Below are positions 40,461-49,663 of a stretch of DNA of 64,000 nt, piece after piece. The DNA is taken from assembly GCA_012838505.1 (NCBI GenBank), contig DUPD01000037.1:3687-67686 (forward strand), written 5' to 3'. The DNA is from Bacilli bacterium. GTDB lineage: Bacteria > Bacillota > Bacilli > Bacillales > Amphibacillaceae. Each line of letters opens with the position of its first letter. The first letter of the stretch is position 1. Both the position numbers and the translations under genes were made by a program. Under the pieces are notes generated by a model. It was not told where the DNA came from. It saw only the letters and a list, made by a program, of their open reading frames with translations, and made no database searches.

Positions 40461-41444
40461 GTGAGTAAACGATCAAGAAAAAGGACTTTAGAAGTTAGTG
40501 AAATTATTAGATTATATCAAGAAGGAGAAAGCACAACTAACATTGCAGCAAAAGCAAATATTTCTTCAAGATACGTGCTTATGATTTTAAAAGACAATGA
40601 TGTTAAACTGCGTCCAAGAGGTAGCTGGAAGCGCAAATATACGTTAAATGAGGACTATTTTAAAGTCTGGTCAAACAATATGGCGTATATATTAGGATTT
40701 TTAATCGCAGACGGAACTGTATCAAGGGAAGGCCAGTTTGTAAGTATAGCGCAGAAGGAAAAATACATTTTGGAGAATATAAAACAGGAATTAGGATCTA
40801 ATCAACCACTTTATCAAAACAAGCAAACAGGTGTTTATATACTAAACATTAACAGCAAAATTATTAAGCATGATTTGATTAATATTCATGGAGTCATACC
40901 GAACAAATCAAGTACAATTAAATTTCCTCACGTACCAAATGAGCACATGAGTCATTTTGTCAGAGGGTATTTTGACGGAGATGGATACGTTAACTATAAT
41001 CAATATACAGTAACATTTGTTGGAGGTTCAAAATCTTTTATGCTAAGATTAATTAATATTTTAACAACAAATGGCTTTATAACACAATTCCAACAGCAAG
41101 ATAAAAATTTTCGTGTTCATATACGAGGTAGAAAGTCTATCAAATTGTTCTCTGACTGGATTTACAAAGATAAAGCTGAAGATCTTTACTTGATAAGAAA
41201 GTATGATGTATTCAAAAAAGAGAAATTAGAAGCACATCAACTTGTAGACAGTAAACATTCTAATGAAATTAAAGCAGTTTTTAAACGAAAATTAAACTTT
41301 TTAGTGATTTATGCCATAACAAATTCATTTGAATATACATGCACCTGTATCAACATTTCACCGAAAACTGTAAGGGGATGGATTAGAAAAGATAAATCAT
41401 TCGAAACTAACTTTAACTTTCTAAATAAGAATCAAAGTGCCTAA
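40461..41444 (+). CDS. Free-standing double-motif LAGLIDADG endonuclease-family protein with N- and C-terminal HTH domains
   Basis: AYILGFLIADG and HFVRGYFDGDG motifs, PNKS, RKY; HTH-like termini; GTG after GGAGGTG; no intein or intron flanks. Confidence 0.88.
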   Translation: MSKRSRKRTLEVSEIIRLYQEGESTTNIAAKANISSRYVLMILKDNDVKLRPRGSWKRKYTLNEDYFKVWSNNMAYILGFLIADGTVSREGQFVSIAQKEKYILENIKQELGSNQPLYQNKQTGVYILNINSKIIKHDLINIHGVIPNKSSTIKFPHVPNEHMSHFVRGYFDGDGYVNYNQYTVTFVGGSKSFMLRLINILTTNGFITQFQQQDKNFRVHIRGRKSIKLFSDWIYKDKAEDLYLIRKYDVFKKEKLEAHQLVDSKHSNEIKAVFKRKLNFLVIYAITNSFEYTCTCINISPKTVRGWIRKDKSFETNFNFLNKNQSA

Positions 41445-41751
41445 ATTTGATTCTCTTATTTTCCTTATCGAGTTAACATAATATAAATTATCTGAAGTTG
41501 TGTGTAAATAGTGAATTAATTATATTAAATTGTGAGTGTCAGCTAATTCCTGAATATTCACAGCTTTTATTAATCAAATCTATCTGCACCTTCATTATAG
41601 CTGCTATTTTTACGCAATTAGATGAACAACTTGCCCATAAAATTAATCTAATTAGCTTAAAATGCTCGCTAGAAACTCTAATATTTTCACTTATACGTGA
41701 TCATCATTATATTTGCTATGCAAAACTCTCATTTAAATGGCGAACCGATTT

Positions 41752-41791
41752 AAAAAATCCTTACTCACTTGAATTGTTGAGTAAGGATTTT
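41752..41791 (-). terminator. Terminator of the GH43 gene
   Basis: AAAATCCTTACTCA / TGAGTAAGGATTTT. Confidence 0.85.
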
Positions 41792-41802
41792 AATATTGGT
41801 AA

Positions 41803-43212
41803 TTAAGCTAAAGTAAATGAAGCTAAACTTGGTCTACCATGACCTCTATACGTGATATAAATTGAGTGAATGCCATTTGGAATATTAATATCAGATTCCA
41901 CTTCAGTCCAGATATTTTTATTACTTACTGGGAATGTTGCAAGTGCTTCGCCATCCCATGATGTCTTCACCTCAAAATGACCATTGCCATAGCCCCGATA
42001 TTTGATGCTGAACTTTGTTACATCTTGAATGTCAAAATACTTAAATCCTGCCGTTGAAGAATCAGTCATATTTCGAATGTATCCAATCTCTTCATCGCCA
42101 TCTTTACCCTCTTGTGTAATGATTGGGAATTGTGTGTCCATTCCTAAATCACCAGAATAAGCTTGTCCATCTTTATGAAATAAGTGGCAAGCAATATAAG
42201 TTGGATACTCTCCCCGTCCCTCTAACGGTCCGCCGTTAGATCCACAAGATGTGATCTCTACCTGTGGAATTGATCCATCTTCTAAAACTTTAATTGGCTC
42301 CATACATGCTTGACGACTAAAGTTTTGTCCATTTGAATGTCTGTGGTAGAAAATATACCAATTTCCTTCAATTTCAACAATACTACCGTGGTTATTTCCG
42401 CCATAAGCCATTGGTTTATTAGCAGGTTTATAAGTATCAATGTGCATATCATTATTACTTACAATCACACCTTGGAACTCATATCCTTTTGTTGGGTGCT
42501 TGCTTGTCGCATAGCAAAGTTCATGGAAAACAGTTGAAGAATAGATAATGTAATACGTATCGCCAATTTTTCTTGGTGATGGCGCCTCAAAAAACTCATG
42601 TCCTTCAAAACCACTGCCTTTAGCGTATGGTTCACTTGGTAATACTGTCACTGTTTCTTCTACAATCGTAATCATATCAGGTCCAAGGACTGTTGCCATC
42701 GCACCTGTACGTGACTTATCGCCAACTGCACAAAAACCTGTTAATAAGAGTGTTTTGTCACCCTCAGTTAATACGCCTGGATCAAACTGTGGCTCATCTC
42801 CTGGTCTCTCACCTAGACGATTTCCCTCTTTATCTTGGACATAGCCATAGAACTCAAACTTACCAGCTGGTGAATCAGAAACCGCTACTGAAACAAGTGG
42901 AGTTTTATCTAAATTATAATATAGGTAATAACGTCCATCTGGCCCTACTGTCACATCAGGTGCATAAAGACACATGCTTCCGTCAGGATTGATCGGATCA
43001 TCCGTCTTTTTATAAATTACGCCCTCATAACGCCAGTCAGTTAAATCGTCAACTGGTGCTGACCATGTCACGTAGTCATTAAGACAATAAACTTCGCCGT
43101 TGAATTTGTCATGAGATCCATAAATATAAACACGACCATCAAATACGTAAGGTTCTGCATCTGGAATGTACTCCCATGATGGCAGATAAGGGTTAAATCC
43201 TTGCTTTTTCAT
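41803..43212 (-). CDS. GH43 glycoside hydrolase (xylosidase/arabinofuranosidase-like) with C-terminal CBM6-like domain, no signal peptide
   Basis: YIPDAEP, YGSHD, LYAPD, FDPG, FFEAPS, NNHGS, FYHR motifs. Confidence 0.9.
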   Translation of the reverse strand: MKKQGFNPYLPSWEYIPDAEPYVFDGRVYIYGSHDKFNGEVYCLNDYVTWSAPVDDLTDWRYEGVIYKKTDDPINPDGSMCLYAPDVTVGPDGRYYLYYNLDKTPLVSVAVSDSPAGKFEFYGYVQDKEGNRLGERPGDEPQFDPGVLTEGDKTLLLTGFCAVGDKSRTGAMATVLGPDMITIVEETVTVLPSEPYAKGSGFEGHEFFEAPSPRKIGDTYYIIYSSTVFHELCYATSKHPTKGYEFQGVIVSNNDMHIDTYKPANKPMAYGGNNHGSIVEIEGNWYIFYHRHSNGQNFSRQACMEPIKVLEDGSIPQVEITSCGSNGGPLEGRGEYPTYIACHLFHKDGQAYSGDLGMDTQFPIITQEGKDGDEEIGYIRNMTDSSTAGFKYFDIQDVTKFSIKYRGYGNGHFEVKTSWDGEALATFPVSNKNIWTEVESDINIPNGIHSIYITYRGHGRPSLASFTLA

Positions 43213-43290
43213 CAATAAACACCACCATTTATAATTTTAGGGTAAAGCTCTTAAAACTTTAAGTAAATAACGCATTTTTAGAAATTCCCT

Positions 43291-43357
43291 ATACTAGCAT
43301 TGTAATTCTAAAACGCTTACATAAACAAGACATTTTCGATATAACAATAGACATTTT
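43291..43357 (-). promoter_or_regulatory. GH43 promoter with cre-like site and 21-bp-spaced direct repeats
   Basis: Minus strand TGCTAGTAT -10; TGTAAGCGTTTTAG (43308-43321); AGACATTTT at 43328 and 43349. Confidence 0.6.
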
Positions 43358-43467
43358 TCATCGATGAATGGTGTGAAATTATTACTAATATTTAATCAAT
43401 AATTTAGCCCTCATGTATTGGATTGTACAGATAAATTAGCTGATCCTTTTTAGATTTATCCAGTATT

Positions 43468-43968
43468 CTATTTAATTAAATATTGATAAACATAATCGTC
43501 CATATAATAACCGTTACCAATATCGATTTTCTCTTGATCGATTTTAATCATGCCAAGTTTCTCATATGCTCGAATGGCAACCGTATTATTTTTATTAACA
43601 TTGAGTACAATTGATGAGAATCCTAACTGCTTTGCTTGATTTTTAATGAATTCAAACATTTCCTTAGCAATCCCCTTACCTCGATGGTTCTTTTTTAGAT
43701 AAAACTTACTCAAATAGAGATCATTTTCTCTTGGATAATAACCGACAAAACCAACTTTTTCATCAACTTCGTTACAGACAAAATAGTAGTGATAATTTTG
43801 CTCAAATTGCTTAGTTAGCGCATCAACTGATTGAAATTTCTTGATCATATAATCATTCTGTCTTCCTCCGATAATTGGATCATAATGTTCTTTTAAAATA
43901 GTAGTTGCTAAATTCGATAGTTCTTGTATTGCAGGTTTATTTTGTTTCATTATTTCTATGAACTTCAA
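43468..43968 (-). CDS. GNAT family N-acetyltransferase
   Basis: LSKFYL, RGKGIA, LNVNKNN, AIRAYEKLG, DIGNGYYMDDY. Confidence 0.92.
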   Translation of the reverse strand: MKFIEIMKQNKPAIQELSNLATTILKEHYDPIIGGRQNDYMIKKFQSVDALTKQFEQNYHYYFVCNEVDEKVGFVGYYPRENDLYLSKFYLKKNHRGKGIAKEMFEFIKNQAKQLGFSSIVLNVNKNNTVAIRAYEKLGMIKIDQEKIDIGNGYYMDDYVYQYLIK

Positions 43969-43980
43969 TAAAATAGCCCC

Positions 43981-44349
43981 CTATTCTTTTTCTAATAACT
44001 CAATTCGATTTCCAAATGGATCATCAATAAAAATCCGCTTGACTCCTGGCAAATCATTATCGAGTTAATAAATAACTTTTTTGTCGGTTAAATGTTGTTT
44101 TAGTGCTTCAATATCACTTACTTCAAATGCTGGATGCGCTTTTTTGGCTGGCAAAAATGGCTCTTCAATCCCAATATGAAGTTGTTAATTGCCAAGTTCA
44201 AACCAGACACCACCTCGCTTTTTTAACATTGGTGGTTTTTCTATTTCTTTCAGGCCTAAAACATCGGCGTAAAATGTTCTTGCGAGATTTTCAGATCCTC
44301 TCGGTGCAGCTAATAAAACATGATCAATTTGTAATAATGAAAAATTCAA
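43981..44349 (-). pseudogene. VOC/glyoxalase-family gene with two in-frame TAA stops
   Basis: IDHVLLAAP...RGGVWFELGN*QLHIG...KAHPAF...VIY*LDNDLPG...DDPFGNRIELLEKE; stops at 44185-44187 and 44065-44067. Confidence 0.88.
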
Positions 44350-44380
44350 ATTCAACACCCCATTCTTCATTTAATTAACT

Positions 44381-44788
44381 TCAATCTTCAAAAAGACGAT
44401 CGATGGCATCAATGTTGATTTTACTTTCTTTAGCGGTGTAAAAAAAGCCTCGGTATCTGATCGTGTCATCACCATTAATCATTAAATAGAGCTCGACTTT
44501 GTTATTTTTATTATAAATTGTTAACTTGTAGCCGTAACCAAGATGAAATAAACTCGGCTTACTATTTTGGGGAGTAATTCCATTTAAATTTGAGACAATT
44601 TGTTCTACCTCTGTTTGATCAGTAATTATTAAAGCTTCACCAGTATTACCGCTGAACAATTCAAGCTTGCTGACGTCTTCCAGCTTACATTAACAAGATT
44701 ACGTAGAGTATATGTAAGTGCAAAAAATGATGATCAGAAGACTAACGATTACTGAAAAAATAATTAGTGGTTTGTTTCTTTTTTTCAA
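44381..44788 (-). pseudogene. Degraded membrane-anchored/exported hypothetical protein
   Basis: TTG 44788 MKKRNKPLIIFSVIVSLLIIIF signal anchor, then two in-frame stops near 44690-44701, then the same frame continues into ORF 44381-44659. Confidence 0.65.
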
Positions 44789-44918
44789 AGCTCTTCACTT
44801 CTGACGCGGTATTTAACGATGATCAATTTCACGATGTTAACTTTCTATATGTTTACATTCTACCTCAAAAAATTAAAAAATGAAGTCATAATTTTGACTA
44901 ATTTCAATCTAGAATTAG

Positions 44919-44967
44919 AAAAAGACAGTGAATTTGTTAGCTAAACCAAGCAAATTCACTGTCTTTT
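44919..44967 (-). terminator. Terminator of the trhP operon
   Basis: AAAAGACAGTGAATTTG / CAAATTCACTGTCTTTT. Confidence 0.9.
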
Positions 44968-44976
44968 ATTAAAATA

Positions 44977-46206
44977 TTATTTCCCTTTACGCATCATATT
45001 GAATTTCTCTACTGGCTGATCTACTTTAACTTTCGTAATCATCATCGCATGTTTAGCACGCTCAATTGGTTCGTCATTTTCATCCCAAATCGCAGTAATC
45101 GTTTGTTTGAAATGATAAAAGTTTGGTCCGAAGAATTCAACTTCATCACCAATACCAAAGTTATTTCTCTGTTGGATCGTTGCCATTTGAGTCTCTTCAT
45201 CATAATCTAAAACAAGTCCAGCAAAATCATATTTAGGAATTCGATTTGGTCGACCAAATAATTGGTCTTTTTCAGTTGGTTCATCATAATAAAAACCACT
45301 TGTTAAAGAGCGTTGAGCTGCTTTCCAAATTTCATCGATCCACTCTTGCTGAATTTGATAATTTTCTGGATCTTCAAAGTAAGTATCAATAATTTTTCGA
45401 TAAACGTTTACAACAGTCGCAACGTAATGAATACTTTTCATGCGTCCTTCAATTTTTAACGAATCGACTCCTGCTTCGATTAAATCTGGTAAGTGCTCTA
45501 CCATGCTTAAGTCTTGTGAACTCATCGTATATTGTTCATCAGATTCATCTGAGACTGCAACTGTTCCATCCGTTCCGTCCTCAAATAAATCATATTTCCA
45601 ACGGCAAGATTGGGCACATCCTCCCCTATTCGCATCTCTTGCAGACATGTGGTTTGATAATACACAACGGCCTGAATAAGAAATACACATCGCACCATGA
45701 ATAAATGCTTCAATTTCAATATCCACTTTTTCTTTCATTTCACGAATTTCTTCAACGGAAACTTCTCTAGCCAAAACAACACGTGGCAAGCCTTCATTTT
45801 TCCAAAATTCAGCCGTTTTCCAGTTGGCGACAGATGCTTGCGTACTAATATGAACTTCTAAATCAGGTGCAGCTTCTCGACTCGCTTGGATTAAAGCTGG
45901 ATCAGCGACGATGACTCCTGAAATTCCTATCTCGTACAATTCTTTAAAAAATTCATGTAATCCCTCTAAGTTTTCATTGTGTGCGATGATATTAGCTGCA
46001 ACATAGACTTTAGCATTGTATTTATTAGCAAACGCAACACCTTCACGCATTTCGTCATAAGAAAAGTTTCCTGCATTTGAGCGGAGTCCAAATTGTTGAC
46101 CTCCAATATAGACCGCATCAGCACCGTAGTGAATTGCAAATTTAAGTTTTTCTAAATTACCTGCTGGTGCAAGCAATTCTGGTTTCGTTCTCGTTCTTGT
46201 AGTCAT
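44977..46206 (-). CDS. trhP2: U32 family protein, tRNA U34 hydroxylation (YrrO)
   Basis: PELLAPAG, HGAMCISYSGRC, RDANRGGCAQSCRW, LKIEGRMK. Confidence 0.9.
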   Translation of the reverse strand: MTTRTRTKPELLAPAGNLEKLKFAIHYGADAVYIGGQQFGLRSNAGNFSYDEMREGVAFANKYNAKVYVAANIIAHNENLEGLHEFFKELYEIGISGVIVADPALIQASREAAPDLEVHISTQASVANWKTAEFWKNEGLPRVVLAREVSVEEIREMKEKVDIEIEAFIHGAMCISYSGRCVLSNHMSARDANRGGCAQSCRWKYDLFEDGTDGTVAVSDESDEQYTMSSQDLSMVEHLPDLIEAGVDSLKIEGRMKSIHYVATVVNVYRKIIDTYFEDPENYQIQQEWIDEIWKAAQRSLTSGFYYDEPTEKDQLFGRPNRIPKYDFAGLVLDYDEETQMATIQQRNNFGIGDEVEFFGPNFYHFKQTITAIWDENDEPIERAKHAMMITKVKVDQPVEKFNMMRKGK

Positions 46207-46224
46207 TTATGTTTACTCCTCTGA

Positions 46225-47148
46225 TTAATCAATCTGTTCTTTAAAATAAAATCCTGTATTTAATTGACGATCATCTGGTTGAATATCAGCAATCATTTGT
46301 TTGAATGCTGTCTTTTTTGTTTCAAACGCAGCAGGATCAGCTAAATAAGTATCAATAGCTTCACGATAAAGTGCAACAATTTTTTCATTATAATCAATCG
46401 TTTTCAAGATTCCCTCGATATAGAGTCCATCAATTTTGGCGTCAATAATTTGATCGAGATATTCAATCATTGCTAGATCTTCATTACTCATAATATGTGT
46501 CCCGTTGAGATCTTCAAAAATCGGATAATGTGTTTCGGGCTTTCGATTTTCTTTAATAAATCGGGTTTTCGATCGATCGTAAGTCTCATCAATCTGAGCA
46601 TAATAGTTGCGGACAAGTTTTCGTTTTGAGTGGAAAATATTTGTCATGCCATGAATTTGCATTTCAATTGGGAAGTGAACATTTTCTTTAATTTTAATTA
46701 CAGCATCGAGCGATAATTCGTTTGATAATGTCGCACGACTTAAACCTCGTTGAGCCCAAAAATTCAGCGTTTGATAATTCGTAGATAATGTTTCAGGATC
46801 CCATGTTAATGGGAGCGAACATTTGATATCACGCAAAATTTGATAAATCGACTGATCACCCGCAACGATACCATCAACCTTTAGTTGTTCTAAATCTTTT
46901 AAATATGTCGGTAATGATTCTAAGTGTTCGTTATGATAGATCGCATTAACCATTACATAGATTTTTTTACCTTGACTATGTAGCCATTCTGTTGCCTCTT
47001 TAATTTCGAATAAACTAAAATCGCCAGGTTGTCGATTGGCGAATTGCTGATTTCCAACAAAAATTGCATCGGCACCTGCTTGAGCTAATCGCTTAACTTC
47101 TTCAAGGTTTCGAGCTGAAACTTGTAGCTCTGGTTTATATGAACTCAT
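46225..47148 (-). CDS. trhP1: U32 family protein, tRNA U34 hydroxylation (YrrN)
   Basis: WDPETL, ELSL, QIHG, FHSKR, EDLNGTHI, TGFYFK; precedes yrrO; ATG after AAGGAG. Confidence 0.85.
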   Translation of the reverse strand: MSSYKPELQVSARNLEEVKRLAQAGADAIFVGNQQFANRQPGDFSLFEIKEATEWLHSQGKKIYVMVNAIYHNEHLESLPTYLKDLEQLKVDGIVAGDQSIYQILRDIKCSLPLTWDPETLSTNYQTLNFWAQRGLSRATLSNELSLDAVIKIKENVHFPIEMQIHGMTNIFHSKRKLVRNYYAQIDETYDRSKTRFIKENRKPETHYPIFEDLNGTHIMSNEDLAMIEYLDQIIDAKIDGLYIEGILKTIDYNEKIVALYREAIDTYLADPAAFETKKTAFKQMIADIQPDDRQLNTGFYFKEQID

Positions 47149-47384
47149 AATAAAATTCTCCTTTAAAATAACTGATAGGGTCAATTAAAATTAGAAAAAT
47201 TTTAGCTCAGATCAGCTAAAATCATCTCCTCATTCCTATCAAAAGATCGTCTATAATTATTATGAACGGAATGATTTAAAAATCAGTGACATTTCTCACA
47301 CTTTGATAAACTTTCTCTTATTTTTAAGATAAAAAAGTCTAAATTCTCAGATTGTACATCGAGAATTTAGACTTATAAAAGTGA

Positions 47385-47762
47385 CTAACGCCAGAATTTT
47401 GTTGCATCGGCTTTATCTTCAATATTAAACTGAATGATTTCTTTGAGTAAATGATAATCGACTGGTTGTTCCCAACCGATTCGAAATAGCTGTTTGGAGT
47501 GTGTATATCCAGCCTTTGAAATCTGTTCAGAGAACTTAGCAATTGTTACACCCTCAGGAGCGACAGCCAGATGTTGTTTTGCTAAACTAAATCCGATAAT
47601 ATACGTGCCATGATCAATAAACATCGGTTGATTCCATTTAATTTCTTTGTTTAGTTGTGGAAAAGTCTCACTAATCCAACTTAATACTTCCTCTATACGT
47701 TCGCGCTGACTAGGATGATCAATTTTTGTTAAAAACTCGTTAAATGCATCGATAGTAATCAC
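47385..47762 (-). CDS. DUF1801/YdhG-family protein
   Basis: IKWNQPMFIDHGTYIIGFS, PVDYHLL, KADATKFWR. Confidence 0.9.
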   Translation of the reverse strand: MITIDAFNEFLTKIDHPSQRERIEEVLSWISETFPQLNKEIKWNQPMFIDHGTYIIGFSLAKQHLAVAPEGVTIAKFSEQISKAGYTHSKQLFRIGWEQPVDYHLLKEIIQFNIEDKADATKFWR

Positions 47763-47909
47763 TCCTTTTCCTCTTTTTTTAAAGTGTATAACATATATAT
47801 TTGATAGTCTAATCAGCTGGCCTATTCTTAGTCACTTAACTAATGAAAAGTTTGCTCGATTGTTATGATGGGTATCGACAAGCGATCAGTTAAATCATTA
47901 CCGTTATTT

Positions 47910-48281
47910 TTATTGTGTCACTGTTTTCTGTCGAACAGAAGATTTCAAATAAAGTGACATTGCACTAAGTCCAGCTACAAACGAGACGATTGTTGTTACG
48001 ATCAGATAAACCAATCCGCCGGGGCCACCGTGATTATAATATTGACCTTGGGGATAATAGATGATACGAATCATAACTGCTGATATCACTAATATCACGA
48101 CTAAACAAACACTTATGCCAATTAACAAATTCGATCTTGATAGAGTTTCTTGATAGGATAGCAATAACTTACTAAGAGGTAGAACAAAAAATAACAATAA
48201 AATAGCGATTAAACCAATGATTAAGACTGGTTCTTCAATCAGATCAGTAAATATCGTAGAGAAAAAATCTAGTAAGTACAT
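47910..48281 (-). CDS. Hypothetical membrane protein (3 TM)
   Basis: ATG after GGAGGT; three hydrophobic segments. Confidence 0.7.
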   Translation of the reverse strand: MYLLDFFSTIFTDLIEEPVLIIGLIAILLLFFVLPLSKLLLSYQETLSRSNLLIGISVCLVVILVISAVMIRIIYYPQGQYYNHGGPGGLVYLIVTTIVSFVAGLSAMSLYLKSSVRQKTVTQ

Positions 48282-48356
48282 AAAAATACCTCCAGTAAAA
48301 AAATGACTATTTATATGGGTCAATTATACATGTAAATAAACAGGATGTAATGCATT

Positions 48357-48389
48357 AAAAAACCGTCACCTATTTTCAGGTAACGGTTT
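48357..48389 (-). terminator. Terminator after ferredoxin
   Basis: AAACCGTCACCT / AGGTAACGGTTT with A tract on the plus strand. Confidence 0.8.
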
Positions 48390-48400
48390 GATCATTCATC

Positions 48401-48640
48401 TTATTTTTCTTCAAAGAAGCGACGATTTAATGCAATATATTCGTGCTCTTCATCTGGTACTTCATCCTCCATAAAGATTGCTGTGACTGGGCATACCGCT
48501 TCACAAGCACCACAGTCAATACAAATATCAGGGTCAATAAAAAACATCTCTTCCCCTTCTTCGATACAATCTACTGGACAAACTTCTACACAATCACCAT
48601 GCTTTTCTCCAATACATGCTGATGTTATGACAAATGCCAT
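48401..48640 (-). CDS. Ferredoxin, 7Fe ([3Fe-4S]+[4Fe-4S]) type
   Basis: C-x7-C-x3-CPVDC and CIDCGACEAVCP; ATG after GGGGGAGG. Confidence 0.92.
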   Translation of the reverse strand: MAFVITSACIGEKHGDCVEVCPVDCIEEGEEMFFIDPDICIDCGACEAVCPVTAIFMEDEVPDEEHEYIALNRRFFEEK

Positions 48641-48675
48641 TTTCTTTCCTCCCCCAAACGATTCAAAAGTAACGC

Positions 48676-49218
48676 TTACCAAATATGTTCAAGTTGATGA
48701 AAATCCTGATCATGCTCGATCACAAACACATCTGGTTTCTTTAATAAACGCCATTGCTTAAAGCCATAATTATTATCAAAATGTGTCAAGAGAATCATCA
48801 GTAAATTACCATGAGTCACTAGAGCAACTGTTTCACTGTCAGATTGCTTAATTTCTTCAATTAATTCTAAAACACGGCTTAATGCTTCATTAGAAGATTC
48901 GCCACCTGGCAAGGCATAGTCCATATCTTCAAAAGAAATATCGATCGCCTCTAACCGATCTTCCACAGGTTCAGCACTTAAAACACGTTCTGTTAATCGC
49001 TGATCGACCTCAATCTTAATTCCAGTTTTTTTGGAGTAAGGTCTGACTGTTTCAAGTGAGCGCATATAAGGACTAGAAAAGATTTTGTCGATTTGATAAT
49101 GATGTTGTTCAAAATACTCGGCGAGTCGGTGTGCTTGATTGACTCCATGATTCGTTAATGGCGAGTCCCGATGCCGCCCTTCAGCTTGACAATTTCTAAT
49201 CAAAACGAGTTTCTTCAT
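48676..49218 (-). CDS. Histidine phosphatase family protein (catalytic His replaced by Asn)
   Basis: LIRNC instead of RHC/RHG, SSPYMRS, LTER, PGGES, VTHGN. Confidence 0.88.
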   Translation of the reverse strand: MKKLVLIRNCQAEGRHRDSPLTNHGVNQAHRLAEYFEQHHYQIDKIFSSPYMRSLETVRPYSKKTGIKIEVDQRLTERVLSAEPVEDRLEAIDISFEDMDYALPGGESSNEALSRVLELIEEIKQSDSETVALVTHGNLLMILLTHFDNNYGFKQWRLLKKPDVFVIEHDQDFHQLEHIW

Positions 49219-49285
49219 TAGATCATCTCCTAAACAAGCATTATACTTACCGTTGTTATATGAATGTTAAAAAGTAGATCGAAAA

Positions 49286-49492
49286 TTAAATTGTTTCAGT
49301 GAAATAGTCTTTTTTGAAACCACCAATTCGATTTGAATTGTCGATAATAAAATAAAATTCATCGGTTTCATTTTTTACTTGATAGCTTTGGCCTGGTGTT
49401 AGCATATGATTGACGACAAATTTCTTTGCATCAGCATGCACACACTTGATTGTTTTAATTGTTTGTCTATTTTCCCAATTTTTATGAATCAA
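49286..49492 (-). CDS. Small conserved Bacillales protein (DUF6501-like)
   Basis: MIHKNW, KCVHADAKKF, VKNETDEFYFIIDNS; TTG after AGGAGGG. Confidence 0.75.
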   Translation of the reverse strand: MIHKNWENRQTIKTIKCVHADAKKFVVNHMLTPGQSYQVKNETDEFYFIIDNSNRIGGFKKDYFTETI

Positions 49493-49568
49493 CGTGTACA
49501 GCCCTCCTTATTATGTCTCTATACATCTATCTTAGCACGTTTTGATCAAAAAAATAACCATTGTTAGC

Positions 49569-49640
49569 AAAAAAGCGACATTTTAATTGAATATCTATAC
49601 TTTAGTGACAAAATCAGCGCTGTAGAGATTAAAATGTCGC
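49569..49640 (-). terminator. Long hairpin terminator after msrAB
   Basis: GCGACATTTTAAT / ATTAAAATGTCGC with A tract on the plus strand. Confidence 0.65.
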
Positions 49641-49663
49641 ACAATATTTAATTAAAATTGAAT

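Noticed and set aside
40461-41444. Intein or group I intron-encoded endonuclease
   Set aside because: No Cys/Ser start or His-Asn end, no extein, no split host gene; it has its own SD and promoter.
41498-41806. 102-aa plus-strand ORF
   Set aside because: No RBS, no recognisable motif, and it runs through the GH43 terminator; probably spurious.
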